From NCBI GenBank assembly GCA_963727455.1, contig CAVSGG010000009.1, forward strand, positions 256,001-320,000: a stretch of DNA of 64,000 nt, written 5' to 3'. The notes beneath the pieces are model-generated. The model did no database searches, was not told where the DNA came from, and saw only the letters and a program-made list of their open reading frames with translations. This document shows, piece by piece, positions 1-8,590 of this stretch; positions within the stretch are counted from its first letter, which is position 1, and the number at the start of each line of letters is the position of its first letter. Made by a program: the position numbers and the translations under genes. This stretch comes from Candidatus Krumholzibacteriota bacterium. GTDB lineage: Bacteria > Krumholzibacteriota > Krumholzibacteriia > JAJRXK01.

Positions 1-801
1 TCTGCCATTCAACATGGAAGCGACGGCCAATTCACCCTAGCGAAATCCGAGGTGGAAAAGGCCTTGGCACTCGATCCTTGGGACGAGCATGCCAAGGCGG
101 TCCGTAGACTTGCGACCGACGCAATCGCAGCTAGGGCCGATTCGGCGACAATCATCCATCTTTTCCGAGCCACTCAACTCAGAAATGCAGGAAGTCTGGA
201 TGAGTCACTCTCCGAAATCGATATGGCGGTCAAGCAAAGTCCAAACTACGCGCTTGCCTATCTCGTCCGCGGGAACATCCGTCTTGCAAATGCCAGCGTC
301 GATGGAGCTATTGCCGATTACGATCATACGATCAGCCTTGATTCCTCAGACGCCGTCGCCTACTACAATCGAGGCGTGGCGTATGTCACAAAGAAAAACT
401 ACGTGAGTGCCATTGCAGATTTCACAAAGGCGATCACGCTTGATCCAAAGGATGTTGCCGCATACAAGAACCGAGGCAACGCCAATCAAGTGCTGGGCAA
501 GCACAATGAAGCACTTGCTGACTATAACAGCGCAATTGCGATCAATCCGAATGATGTCCACGCCTTCTACAATCGAGCCGAGGAGTGGTCACGATCTGGG
601 CAATTCGAGAAAGCGATCGCAGATTACGGAAAAGCGATCGAGCTGGACAAGAACTTCGCTGAAGCCTATGACAGCAGAGGTTTTGTGTACCTCGTAAAGC
701 TCGGCAAGACGGAGCTTGCGTGCATCGACTGGAAGCGCGCCTGCGAACTTGGTCGATGCTCAAACTACAATCTCGCAAAATCAAAGGGCTATTGCAAATG
801 A
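1..801 (+). CDS. Tetratricopeptide repeat protein (5' end outside window)
   Basis: Tandem 34-aa TPR units (AYYNRG..AIADFTKAITLDP) and a C-terminal ACIDWKRACELG cap. The frame is open from base 1. Confidence 0.9.
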   Translation, partial: SAIQHGSDGQFTLAKSEVEKALALDPWDEHAKAVRRLATDAIAARADSATIIHLFRATQLRNAGSLDESLSEIDMAVKQSPNYALAYLVRGNIRLANASVDGAIADYDHTISLDSSDAVAYYNRGVAYVTKKNYVSAIADFTKAITLDPKDVAAYKNRGNANQVLGKHNEALADYNSAIAINPNDVHAFYNRAEEWSRSGQFEKAIADYGKAIELDKNFAEAYDSRGFVYLVKLGKTELACIDWKRACELGRCSNYNLAKSKGYCK

Positions 802-852
802 TGGATTGGCCCAAAACATGGTGGGCCTGCTGGCCGCTTCGCCTATGGTATA

Positions 853-1901
853 CTGCATTCAACGACTAAGTGCAACACGCCTGTCTGAACGCCTCCGCAG
901 GTGTTTGGTAATTCAGGCACTTACGAGGCCTGTTGTTCAGTCTTCTCTCGACCGATACTACCTGATTCCTTGTCACTTTGTTGAAGTATGTTCCCTTTGG
1001 GAAGTAGCGTCGGACCAAGCCGATGCTGTTCTCAACAGTCCCCTTTTCCCAGCTGTGATAAGGTTCACAGAAGTACGCCTGAGTGCCCAGGGCGCGATCG
1101 ACCCAGCAATGGCATGTGTTCTCTGCACCGTTATCGTAAGTGATTGTCGCTCGGATGTGGTCGGGATAGCTGCCGAGACTTTCAACCAGCGACTTGCGGA
1201 ACGCCATAGCCGTTTTTCGAGAGATGGCCTTGATCCTCATGTACCGAGTCTTGCGTTCGACAGCAACAGCGAGCGCCGCCGTCCCGCGAGGTGAGTTGGC
1301 GGTGTCGACCTCCCAGTGTCCTGGCTATTCCCGTGTAAGCACATGCTGGGGGCGTTCGGAGATGAAAACCCTGTTGGGGATACGGAATCGGGAGTGTTTG
1401 CAATACCGGCGCGGTAGTCGTTTGCGGTGAGACTTGGCGAGCCGAGGGATCAGCTCCCTAGCCTCGAGGTAGATCCATTGATAGATGGCTTCGTGACTGA
1501 CGGTCAGCGAGTGACCTTCGTATCGAAGTCGTCCGGCGATCTGCTCGGGTGACCAGCCTCGTTTGAGACCGATTCGGACATATGACCTCAGGAAGGGGGC
1601 TTTCAGACGCAGCCGACGATGACTTTGCCTCCAACGAAGGTCGGCTTCGGTTTGGGCTTTATGGGGCAGATAGCCGCTTGATCTGCCGGAGGAGGCGTTA
1701 CGACGCAGCTCCCGTGAGATCGTCGAGGGAGACCGACCGAGTTGAGCCGCGATCGCTCTCATCGGCAGGTCCTGGCCCTTGAGGATCGCCAGACGATCCC
1801 GCTCCTCTTCGGACAAGTGCTTGTAGTGTTTAGACATAATCCGCGCATTCTAGCGCGGAAGTCGCTAAGCCAGAAGTGTTGCACTTGCTTATTGAACTCG
1901 G
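853..1901 (-). mobile_element. IS30-family insertion sequence
   Basis: Imperfect ~26-bp terminal inverted repeats CTGCATTCAACGACTAAGTGCAACAC (853-878) and GTGTTGCACTTGCTTATTGAACTCGG (1876-1901) flank an IS30 transposase. Confidence 0.9.
866..1837 (-). pseudogene. IS30 transposase with one in-frame stop
   Basis: HTH (YKHLSEEER..IAAQLGRSPSTISRELRRN), WSPEQI, GHWEVDT, TITYDNG, PYHSWEKGTVEN and LNNRPRKCL motifs. ORFs 1325-1837 and 866-1240 share a frame and are split by TAG at 1325-1327. Confidence 0.9.
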
Positions 1902-1911
1902 GGCAGGGACA

Positions 1912-1943
1912 GGCCGCGGCCCCAGAGGGCCGCGGCTCCTTTC
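1912..1943 (+). terminator. GC-rich hairpin, possible intrinsic terminator
   Basis: GCCGCGGCCC-CAGA-GGGCCGCGGC stem-loop followed by TCCTTT. Confidence 0.45.
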
Positions 1944-1987
1944 ATCTGTTGCTGCTTCTTCAAACTCTTCATCGCACCAAGGTCAAT

Positions 1988-2086
1988 ATGGTGATCATCG
2001 CACCGAGAACACAGCGCAAAGAGCACCCGTTTCGAAGGTCGTTGCTCGCTTGTCGGCTAAAGCGCCGTATACAATCCACTATCCGT
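1988..2086 (+). repeat. IS91/ISCR-like right end (oriIS), copy 1 (~99 bp)
   Basis: Near-identical to 3968-4066 and 8478-8576. Ends GTATACAATCCACTATCC|GT. Confidence 0.85.
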
Positions 2087-2124
2087 ACGGGGCCCTTGCG
2101 TTCCTGCGCCCTTCCGGGTGGGGG

Positions 2125-3234
2125 CTACAGCTGGACGGCGATGATGCGGAAGCTGACCTCGACTTCGCAGTCGGCGGATCCGGTGAGGTTGATGGTGTGG
2201 ACGCCGGGCGAAAAGCCGTCGGAGCCGCGATAGACGCGGCTGTCCGACCTGTCGTCCATATCGGAATCGTGTATGGGGTCGCCGAAGTCGGTCCACTGCA
2301 GGTCCCACTCGGTCACGCGCACTTCGACCTCGAGGGCCTGGATTTCGCTGAGTGGGAGCGGGCCGAGCTGCGCGGAGTTGAGGGTCAGCGATCCGTTCTG
2401 GTCAACGTGGATGACGTGGTCCTTGCTGGGATAGTCGGTGGTCTCGGCGACGAGCAGGCGGTCGCCGGTCGGCGTAACGACGTTGATCTGGTAACAGAAT
2501 TCGCCGTCGCCGCCATCAGCGTTGGTGGCGCTGTCGCACGAATTGGGCGCCGCGAATCTTTCGGCTTCCACATAGACTTCGTACTGCTTGGGCAGGGGGT
2601 CACCCACCTGCAGTGTGAACTGCGCGTACTGGCCACGGTACTCGATCCAGAGCTCGGTCGCGCCCTGGTCGACGTGGACGGTGGCCACTCCGAATGGATC
2701 GACGGAAATGGCGGCGGGGTTGGACGAGTCGAAGACCGCGCGGTCGGTGATGTCGAGCGTGGTGGCGTCGGGGTATCGAATCTCGATCTTGAGCTGACGG
2801 GTCTCGCCGGGGTTGAGCTGGAGTGCCTGGTCGACCCCGCTGTATCCCTCGAGTGAGATGGAGCCCTGAGGATACCCACGCGTCGGAACACCGAGAAAGT
2901 CGGAGAAGGTGACGCCGCGGTAGCGGATGCGCACCTGGGTGACACCGATGTCGACCGCTGTCACGACGCCGTTGTCCGCGGTAGCCACGGTGGGGTCGAG
3001 CGTGTCCCAGGCGGCGTCTTCGGTGACATCGTGGGTTGTGCCGTCCTCGTACATGACCATGGCCTTCATGGCCGTGGTGCCACCGAGGGATACGTTGAGC
3101 GCGCCCTCGATCCAAACGCGTGTGATAGCCGGGCCCTTGTCGAGCACCGGGGCGGTGCCGTTGTCAGAGCAGCCGACGACCGCCATCGCGACAAGCAACA
3201 GCGTGATAATGAAATAGAGGTGATTTCGCTTCAT
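2125..3234 (-). CDS. Lipoprotein with two bacterial Ig-like (Big_2-type) domains
   Basis: Lipobox VVGC. Two repeats, YEDGTTHDVTEDAAWDTLDPTVATA and YPDATTLDITDRAVFDSSNPAAISV. GAGG RBS upstream of ATG 3234. Confidence 0.8.
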   Translation of the reverse strand: MKRNHLYFIITLLLVAMAVVGCSDNGTAPVLDKGPAITRVWIEGALNVSLGGTTAMKAMVMYEDGTTHDVTEDAAWDTLDPTVATADNGVVTAVDIGVTQVRIRYRGVTFSDFLGVPTRGYPQGSISLEGYSGVDQALQLNPGETRQLKIEIRYPDATTLDITDRAVFDSSNPAAISVDPFGVATVHVDQGATELWIEYRGQYAQFTLQVGDPLPKQYEVYVEAERFAAPNSCDSATNADGGDGEFCYQINVVTPTGDRLLVAETTDYPSKDHVIHVDQNGSLTLNSAQLGPLPLSEIQALEVEVRVTEWDLQWTDFGDPIHDSDMDDRSDSRVYRGSDGFSPGVHTINLTGSADCEVEVSFRIIAVQL

Positions 3235-3266
3235 TTTCAATCCTCGTGTTTGAGCTTCCATTATCA

Positions 3267-3436
3267 AGACTGTAAGCTTTTCTGTGTAACTGGCCTTGAA
3301 CTATACTCTATCAAAGGAGAAGAGCCATGGCCAAGCCAGATCCTACCGACAAGTTGCTCGATGAGCTCATCGCCGGCAAGAAGCCCGAGGAGTTTCTCGG
3401 CAACGATGGCATCCTCAAACAGTTGACCAAGCGCCT
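3267..3436 (+). mobile_element. IS256-family left-end remnant (terminal repeat plus ~37 N-terminal codons)
   Basis: AGACTGTAAGCTTTTCTGTGTAACTGG resembles an IS256 end. AGGAG RBS and ATG 3327 give MAKPDPTDKLLDELIAGKKPEEFLGNDGILKQLTKRL, typical of an IS256 transposase N-terminus. Confidence 0.75.
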
Positions 3437-4066
3437 CACCGGCCAACGTGATCTCGAACTCGATGTTCTGGAGATGATCCGCCGTCTGTGCGCCTAGATC
3501 CCCGCACCACGCCAGCATTTGGTCAGATACTACGGCTGGTACTCGCACCGGGCCCGAGGGGCAAGAGCTGACCCGCCCGACGCGACGATCGCCAGGGCAC
3601 CGTCCACTGCGCGCAGCCGCAGCTGGGCACGCCTGCTGCGCAGGATCTTCGAGCTGGACCCCATGCTCTGCCCGCAGTGCGGGGGAACCATGAAGATCGT
3701 GTCGGTGATCGACGAAGCAGCGGTGGTGGACCGGATTCTCAGACACCTGGCACGGATCGGCGGCAACGACCCGCACGAAGGGACCGCGCAACGAGCTCCG
3801 CCAAGAGCATGAACCCCTACCAGTACCCTCAGCCTCCCGACGAATGCGCAAGGGCACGAGCGTCGGGGGTACGGTGTGCCCAAGGATAGGTGGAAGCCGC
3901 TCAGGTGGGCGCATGTCGGGCGAACAGAGTTGCGGTAGCGTGAGTCGGGGATCGACCATCAATCCTCATGGTGATCATCGCACCGAGAACACAGCGCAAG
4001 GAGCACCCGTTTCGAAGGTCGTTGCTCGCTTGTCGGCTAAAGCGCCGTATACAATCCACTATCCGT
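3437..4066 (+). mobile_element. IS91/ISCR-like element remnant, copy 2 (3' transposase plus 254-bp tail to oriIS)
   Basis: TGQRDLELDVLEMIRRLCA*IPAPRQHLVRYYGWYS...WARLLRRIFELDPMLCPQCGGTMKIVSVI. Internal TAG at 3495, stop at 3812. The end is followed by GTTC, a known IS91-family target tetranucleotide. Confidence 0.9.
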
Positions 4067-4447
4067 TCGACCCACCACCCAGGAAAGGCTCAGCCCGATG
4101 GGGCCGATCCAGGGGAAAGTGCAGAGGCTCAGGATCGCAAGGGCGAAGACGCCCAGGGCAGACCAGTCCGGCGGATGTGCGGCGCTCCTTGCGGATGTGG
4201 GTTCGGTTTTGTCTCGTCCCGCATGAGTCTCCCAGTCCGTCGGCTCCCCCAGCCGCTTCAGGATCGCGTTCACCTCGTCGGCGTCGGCGGGCTGCGTGCG
4301 CTCGATACCCACCGATTCGCGAACGTGGTCGCGGATGTCCGTACACACCTCGGTGGCGTCCACTTCCATGCCACGCAACGACTGCCTGACCTCGTCGAGG
4401 TAGCTTTCGAGCGCCGCGGCTCCTTCGGGAGTGAGTCCTTCAGTCAT
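4067..4447 (-). pseudogene. PadR-associated membrane protein (HAAS-like N-terminus), 3'-truncated by the oriIS end
   Basis: ESYLDEVRQSL..DIRDHVRES..ILKRLGEP followed by TM segments. The frame runs into the repeat and ends TDSGLYTAL. Confidence 0.7.
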
Positions 4448-4778
4448 CGCTGGGCTCCGCCAGAATTGCCAAACGGTCGACGAGAGCGGTCCACTCACCC
4501 CTCATCCACGTGAGTTCCCGCCGGCCAATTCGAGTCAATCGGTAGTATTTTCGCGCCGGGCCTTCGGCGGATTCCACGAGTTCGCTCGAAATCAGACCGG
4601 CGCGCTTCAAGCGGTTCAGCATGGGATAGACCGTGCCCTCGCCCACCTCGAGGCCGGTGACTTCGCAGATTCTCTGAACCAGGTCATAGCCGTATCGCTT
4701 CCTTTCATGCAGGACTTCGAGCACCACGAGCTCCAGCACGCCCTTTCGGAGCTGCGTCATCCAGTTGTCACGCATCAT
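4440..4778 (-). CDS. PadR-family transcriptional regulator
   Basis: QLRKGVLEL..YGYDL..EGTVYPMLNRL..GPARKYYRLT. Confidence 0.95.
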   Translation of the reverse strand: MMRDNWMTQLRKGVLELVVLEVLHERKRYGYDLVQRICEVTGLEVGEGTVYPMLNRLKRAGLISSELVESAEGPARKYYRLTRIGRRELTWMRGEWTALVDRLAILAEPSDD

Positions 4779-4792
4779 TAGCTTTCACCATG

Positions 4793-4811
4793 TACTATGT
4801 ATAACATAGTA
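4793..4811. promoter_or_regulatory. Putative PadR operator
   Basis: Perfect inverted repeat TACTATGT-ATA-ACATAGTA about 15 bp upstream of the padR start. Confidence 0.65.
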
Positions 4812-4947
4812 GTGGTGCGGCAGCAAGGGTTCACTGGAGCGAGAAGATCTGGGTGGGACTCTTGAAAGAGATGACTGGTTCGGCCTACAATGGCTCTGGC
4901 TCCCGACGGTAAAGACTTGTATGCTGCCACGAAGAAGGAGTCGCACC

Positions 4948-5628
4948 ATGATCAAACTAGCCATGTTCGCTACCTTCGTGGCGATCCTCGCCATGGCTTC
5001 CGAGGCATCCGCTCAGAAGATCGGCATGGCCTTCGACGAGGCGGGAACCGTGTTCTACATCGACGGACGAACGGATCTCGTTCCCAATCCTGACCTATAT
5101 GACTTCCCCTCAGTCGACGTCTGGGTCATCGCGTACGACATTCCCGAGCTCTCCGGATACGAGTACAAACTGAGCTCGACCGATGCTTCTGCTATTGTTA
5201 GCACTGCGGTCGTCTATCCTACGGCGACGGCTCAAAACTCCGGCGATGCCTTGGTGGGTGAGGTTCGTGTCGACACCGGGGTCTGCTTCCTGGCCGGTAG
5301 TGCAGATGCGGGACCCGATCCTACTCATATCCGCCTGGCCAAGCATACCTTCACCTGGACTTCACCCCCGACGGTGGACGTGCTTTACTGTATCGGCCCC
5401 TCGATCGCTTCGGGTGCGGTTGCTCCGCAGTACACGGAGTGCGTCGCGAATCCGGCCTCTCTCTCCTTTGGTGTTGCAAATGAATGGGATGACACCTGCA
5501 CCCCTTATGGCTGCGTTCCCATCGTCTTCGAGTGGGAATCTGACGGAGTAACGGGGGTAAATTGCCGGCAGCGTGAACCCTCACCAGCTGCGTCCACGAG
5601 CTGGGGCGCGCTAAAGGCCGCATACTAG
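4948..5628 (+). CDS. Secreted hypothetical protein with C-terminal SWGALKAAY motif
   Basis: AAGGAG RBS, signal peptide ending ASA, Cys-rich body, conserved-looking C-terminal tail. Confidence 0.8.
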   Translation: MIKLAMFATFVAILAMASEASAQKIGMAFDEAGTVFYIDGRTDLVPNPDLYDFPSVDVWVIAYDIPELSGYEYKLSSTDASAIVSTAVVYPTATAQNSGDALVGEVRVDTGVCFLAGSADAGPDPTHIRLAKHTFTWTSPPTVDVLYCIGPSIASGAVAPQYTECVANPASLSFGVANEWDDTCTPYGCVPIVFEWESDGVTGVNCRQREPSPAASTSWGALKAAY

Positions 5629-5651
5629 CGCGACCTGACAAGTCACTTTTC

Positions 5652-5972
5652 CTTGGCACGGATCGGCGGCAACGACCCGCACGAGGGGACGGCGCAACGA
5701 GCTCCGCCTAGAGCATGAACCCCTACCTGATCGCTCAGCCTCCCGACGAATGCGTAACAGCACGAGCGTCGGGGGTACGGTGTGCCCAAGGATAGGTGGA
5801 AGCCGCTCAGGTGGGCGCATGTCGAGCGAACAGAGTTGCGGTAGGGTGAGTCGGGGATCGACGATCAATCCTCATGGTGATCATCGCACCGAGAACAGCA
5901 TGCGAGGGACGCACGTTTCGAAGGTCAGTGCTCGCTCGGCGTCCAAAGCGCCGTATACAATCCACTATCCGT
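5652..5972 (+). mobile_element. IS91/ISCR-like element remnant, copy 3 (last ~22 codons plus 254-bp tail)
   Basis: Matches copy 4 from CTTGGCACGGATC onward. Stop at 5718. Ends CAATCCACTATCC|GT. Confidence 0.9.
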
Positions 5973-6004
5973 AATTCCTGGGCTGGCGCTGAGGTGTACC
6001 TGAT
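5971..6004 (+). repeat. Candidate element left end (terIS-like), copy A
   Basis: GTAATTCCTGGGCTGGCGCTGAGGTGTACCTGAT resembles 14454-14488. Both copies are tied to oriIS copies. Confidence 0.5.
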
Positions 6005-6013
6005 CGGCTCGAC

Positions 6014-6043
6014 TTGCCCCCCGGGCACGAGCGGCGCTATGAT
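6014..6043 (+). promoter_or_regulatory. Possible sigma70 promoter
   Basis: TTGCCC-N18-TATGAT upstream of the lipoprotein pair. Confidence 0.35.
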
Positions 6044-6225
6044 CTGAAAAGTTCCCCCGTATCCAGGAGAATTCGATGGTCCGATTCCCGCGCAATGGGA
6101 TCAGGGCTCGGCCATTTTTTGCGATCAGCCAGTTCCAGTGGATCACTTCCTCTGGAGCGTCCTCTTCGAAGGTGACCATCGTGGCAAGACTCCGCCGGTC
6201 CGCGTGCAAGGTCTCTGAGGCGACC

Positions 6226-6921
6226 ATGCACGCCATCATGGGCCGCTTCCTGCTCCGATCCTCGTTCGCGACCCTCGCCACCGCCCTGGTTCTGTTCTCC
6301 GCCTGCTCGAGCTCCAAGAGCCCCACTGGCACGTCCACTTCCTGCGGAGATGCAAACGTCCACTGCGTGTACGCAACCCTACAGGCCACAGACTGGCGGA
6401 CCAGTGTAACCTATCTGGGACCGACCTACGACGTTACCGACTACGTAGGAGCCGGCTATTTGGAGACGCCGAACATCCCAGACGTTTCGCCCGGGGATGA
6501 GATCACCCTCAACATCACACTCTCTCCTCCGATCGTGGTCACCAGTAATGTGCCGTCTCTGGTAGCCCTGCAGTTCGTGGGCTTACTCGACAACGTCAAC
6601 ACCTACCTGTACATGACCGCCGATGCGTCCGTTAGCTTGCGAGGAGACTGGACGAACGCGGAGCCTCAGCCAGTGAGCATGCGCGGGATCGGGAGGCCGG
6701 GATACGTCGAGCACTTGCTCGCCAACGTGAACGTGAGTGGGTTGTCCGAAGGTGACGAGCTGAAGGGAATCAGCCTTCGATTCACCATGCCTGAAGTATG
6801 GTCCGATTCCACGGCGATCGCATTGGATCGGACCTTTCCCTTCAACAGCTTCAATTGGTCCACCGAACTGCCTGGCGACACCAGCGGAGATATTCCCCCA
6901 ATCCAGTTGAAAGCACAGTGA
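6226..6921 (+). CDS. Hypothetical lipoprotein (paralog A)
   Basis: Lipobox FSAC-SSSKSPTG. Shares CGDANV.C, PDVSPGD, VVTSNVPS, SEGDEL and PPIQ motifs with the next gene. Confidence 0.8.
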   Translation: MHAIMGRFLLRSSFATLATALVLFSACSSSKSPTGTSTSCGDANVHCVYATLQATDWRTSVTYLGPTYDVTDYVGAGYLETPNIPDVSPGDEITLNITLSPPIVVTSNVPSLVALQFVGLLDNVNTYLYMTADASVSLRGDWTNAEPQPVSMRGIGRPGYVEHLLANVNVSGLSEGDELKGISLRFTMPEVWSDSTAIALDRTFPFNSFNWSTELPGDTSGDIPPIQLKAQ

Positions 6922-6927
6922 TTTAAG

Positions 6928-7608
6928 ATGATGAATCGCCCCAAGCCGCTTCCTTTGTTCGTTCTCCTTTTGACCCTCGGCGTCTTGCTCTTCGCCTGCT
7001 CGGACAGCAAGAGTCCCACCGGCCCTTCCATCGCCTGTGGGGATGCAAATGTGGATTGTTTGACACAGAGCTTCGGTGCATCCGATTGGGCACAGAACGC
7101 CAGCTACTACGCTCCGGGAGACGTAACGAACTTCACCGGGGGCACCGCGCTCTCCGCCCCGAACTTCTCGGACGTCTCACCAGGAGATCAAGTCCACATC
7201 CAGCTGTCGTTCTCGCCACCTCTCGTCGTGACGAGCAACGTGCCGTCCCAAGTAACACTCATGCTGGAGGGAACGAACGGCACCAGTAGCTATGACGAAT
7301 ACGTGTATGCCCCGCATACCTTTCGGATCCGAGGAAGCTGGCCCGACCCGTCGGGGACCAGGGTCGCCATCAACGGCATTAGAAAGACGGGCGAGATCGT
7401 GGAACTCAGAATCGACTGGCGCCCCACGGGCTTCTCCGAGGGGGATGAACTACGCGGTCTTACGGTGGACTTCACCATGCCCTCCGCGTGGTCCGACGGA
7501 GTGGACATCGGCGACAAACAACCGCTTCCCATCGAAGTCCTGACTTGGATCGTGAAGTTCGATGGCGACCACTCCGGAGACACCCCGCCAATTCAAGTGG
7601 GGAACTGA
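6928..7608 (+). CDS. Hypothetical lipoprotein (paralog B)
   Basis: Lipobox LFAC-SDSKSPTGP. Full-length paralog of 6226-6921. Confidence 0.8.
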   Translation: MMNRPKPLPLFVLLLTLGVLLFACSDSKSPTGPSIACGDANVDCLTQSFGASDWAQNASYYAPGDVTNFTGGTALSAPNFSDVSPGDQVHIQLSFSPPLVVTSNVPSQVTLMLEGTNGTSSYDEYVYAPHTFRIRGSWPDPSGTRVAINGIRKTGEIVELRIDWRPTGFSEGDELRGLTVDFTMPSAWSDGVDIGDKQPLPIEVLTWIVKFDGDHSGDTPPIQVGN

Positions 7609-7625
7609 CTCCGGAAGCGCTAGGA

Positions 7626-8576
7626 GCGAGGCGGTCGATGACCCCCGGGCGCAGGTGGGCACCATCGCGTCGATCCAGACCTTCGGCAGCTACGCCGCGA
7701 ACTTCCATCCGCACGTCCACGCGCTGATCACCGAGGGAGCGTTCCACCTACCGCGCCGCGGCGATCCATGGTTTGAGCGCGTCGAGTGGTGGGATCAGAA
7801 GACGCTGACTGAGCTGTTTCGACGGCTGGTGCTTAAAGAGCTCCGGCGCGCGAAGCGCCTGCGCGAGGAGACCGAGGCCATGCTCCTGTCATGGCAGCAC
7901 TCGGGCTTCGGGGTCCATGCCGGCGAGCCGGTGCTGCCCGATCACACCGAGCGCCAGGAGCACCTCGCGCGGTACATCACCCGCGCGCCGATCCGGCTCG
8001 ACGCGATCACCCCGCTCGACGCCAGCATTTGGTCAGATACTACGGCTGGTACTCGCACCGGGCTCGAGGGGCAAGAGCCAACCCCCAGGACGCGACGATC
8101 GCCAGGGCACCCTCCACTGCGCGCAGCCGCAGCTGGGCACGCCTGCTGCGCAGGATCTTCGAGCTGGACCCCATGCTCTGCCCGCAGTGCGGGGTAATGA
8201 TGAAGATCGTGTCGGTGATCGACGAAGCAGCGGTGGTGGACCGGATTCTCAGACACTTGGCACGGATCGGCGGCAACGACCCGCACGAGGGGACGGCGCA
8301 ACGAGCTCCGCCTAGAGCATGAACCCCTACCTGATCTCTCAGCCTCCCGACGAATGCGTAACAGCACGAGCGTCGGGGGTACGGTGTGCCCAAGGATAGG
8401 TGGAAGCCGCTCAGGTGGGCGCATGTCGGGCGAACAGAGTTGCGGTAGGGTGAGTCGGGGATCGACGATCAATCCTCATGGTGATCATCGCACCGAGAAC
8501 ACAGCGCAAAGAGCTCCCGTCTCGAAGGTCGTTGCTCGCTTTTCGGCTAAAGCGCCGTATTCAATCCACTATCCGT
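7626..8576 (+). mobile_element. IS91/ISCR-like element remnant, copy 4 (HUH domain to oriIS)
   Basis: QTFGSYAANFHPHVHALITEG (HUH), WQHSGFGVH, LARYITRAPI (catalytic Tyr), a frameshift near 8020, then VRYYGWYS...CPQCG. Stop at 8322 and a 254-bp tail. Confidence 0.92.
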
Positions 8577-8590
8577 AATCCACTATCCGT
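8563..8590 (+). repeat. 14-bp tandem duplication of the element tip
   Basis: AATCCACTATCCGT twice (8563-8576, 8577-8590). Confidence 0.95.

Noticed and set aside
2050-2075. Outward promoter in oriIS (TACAAT -10)
   Set aside because: The nearest TTG hexamers give 14- or 22-bp spacing, copy 4 has TTCAAT, and downstream genes are often antisense.
5652-5655. CTTG at the 5' break of copy 3 as a programmed termination site
   Set aside because: The other 5' breakpoints (3437, 7626, 1988) share no such motif, so it may be chance.
5925-6389. 154-aa minus-strand ORF
   Set aside because: It overlaps the lipoprotein start and the repeat, and has no recognisable motif.
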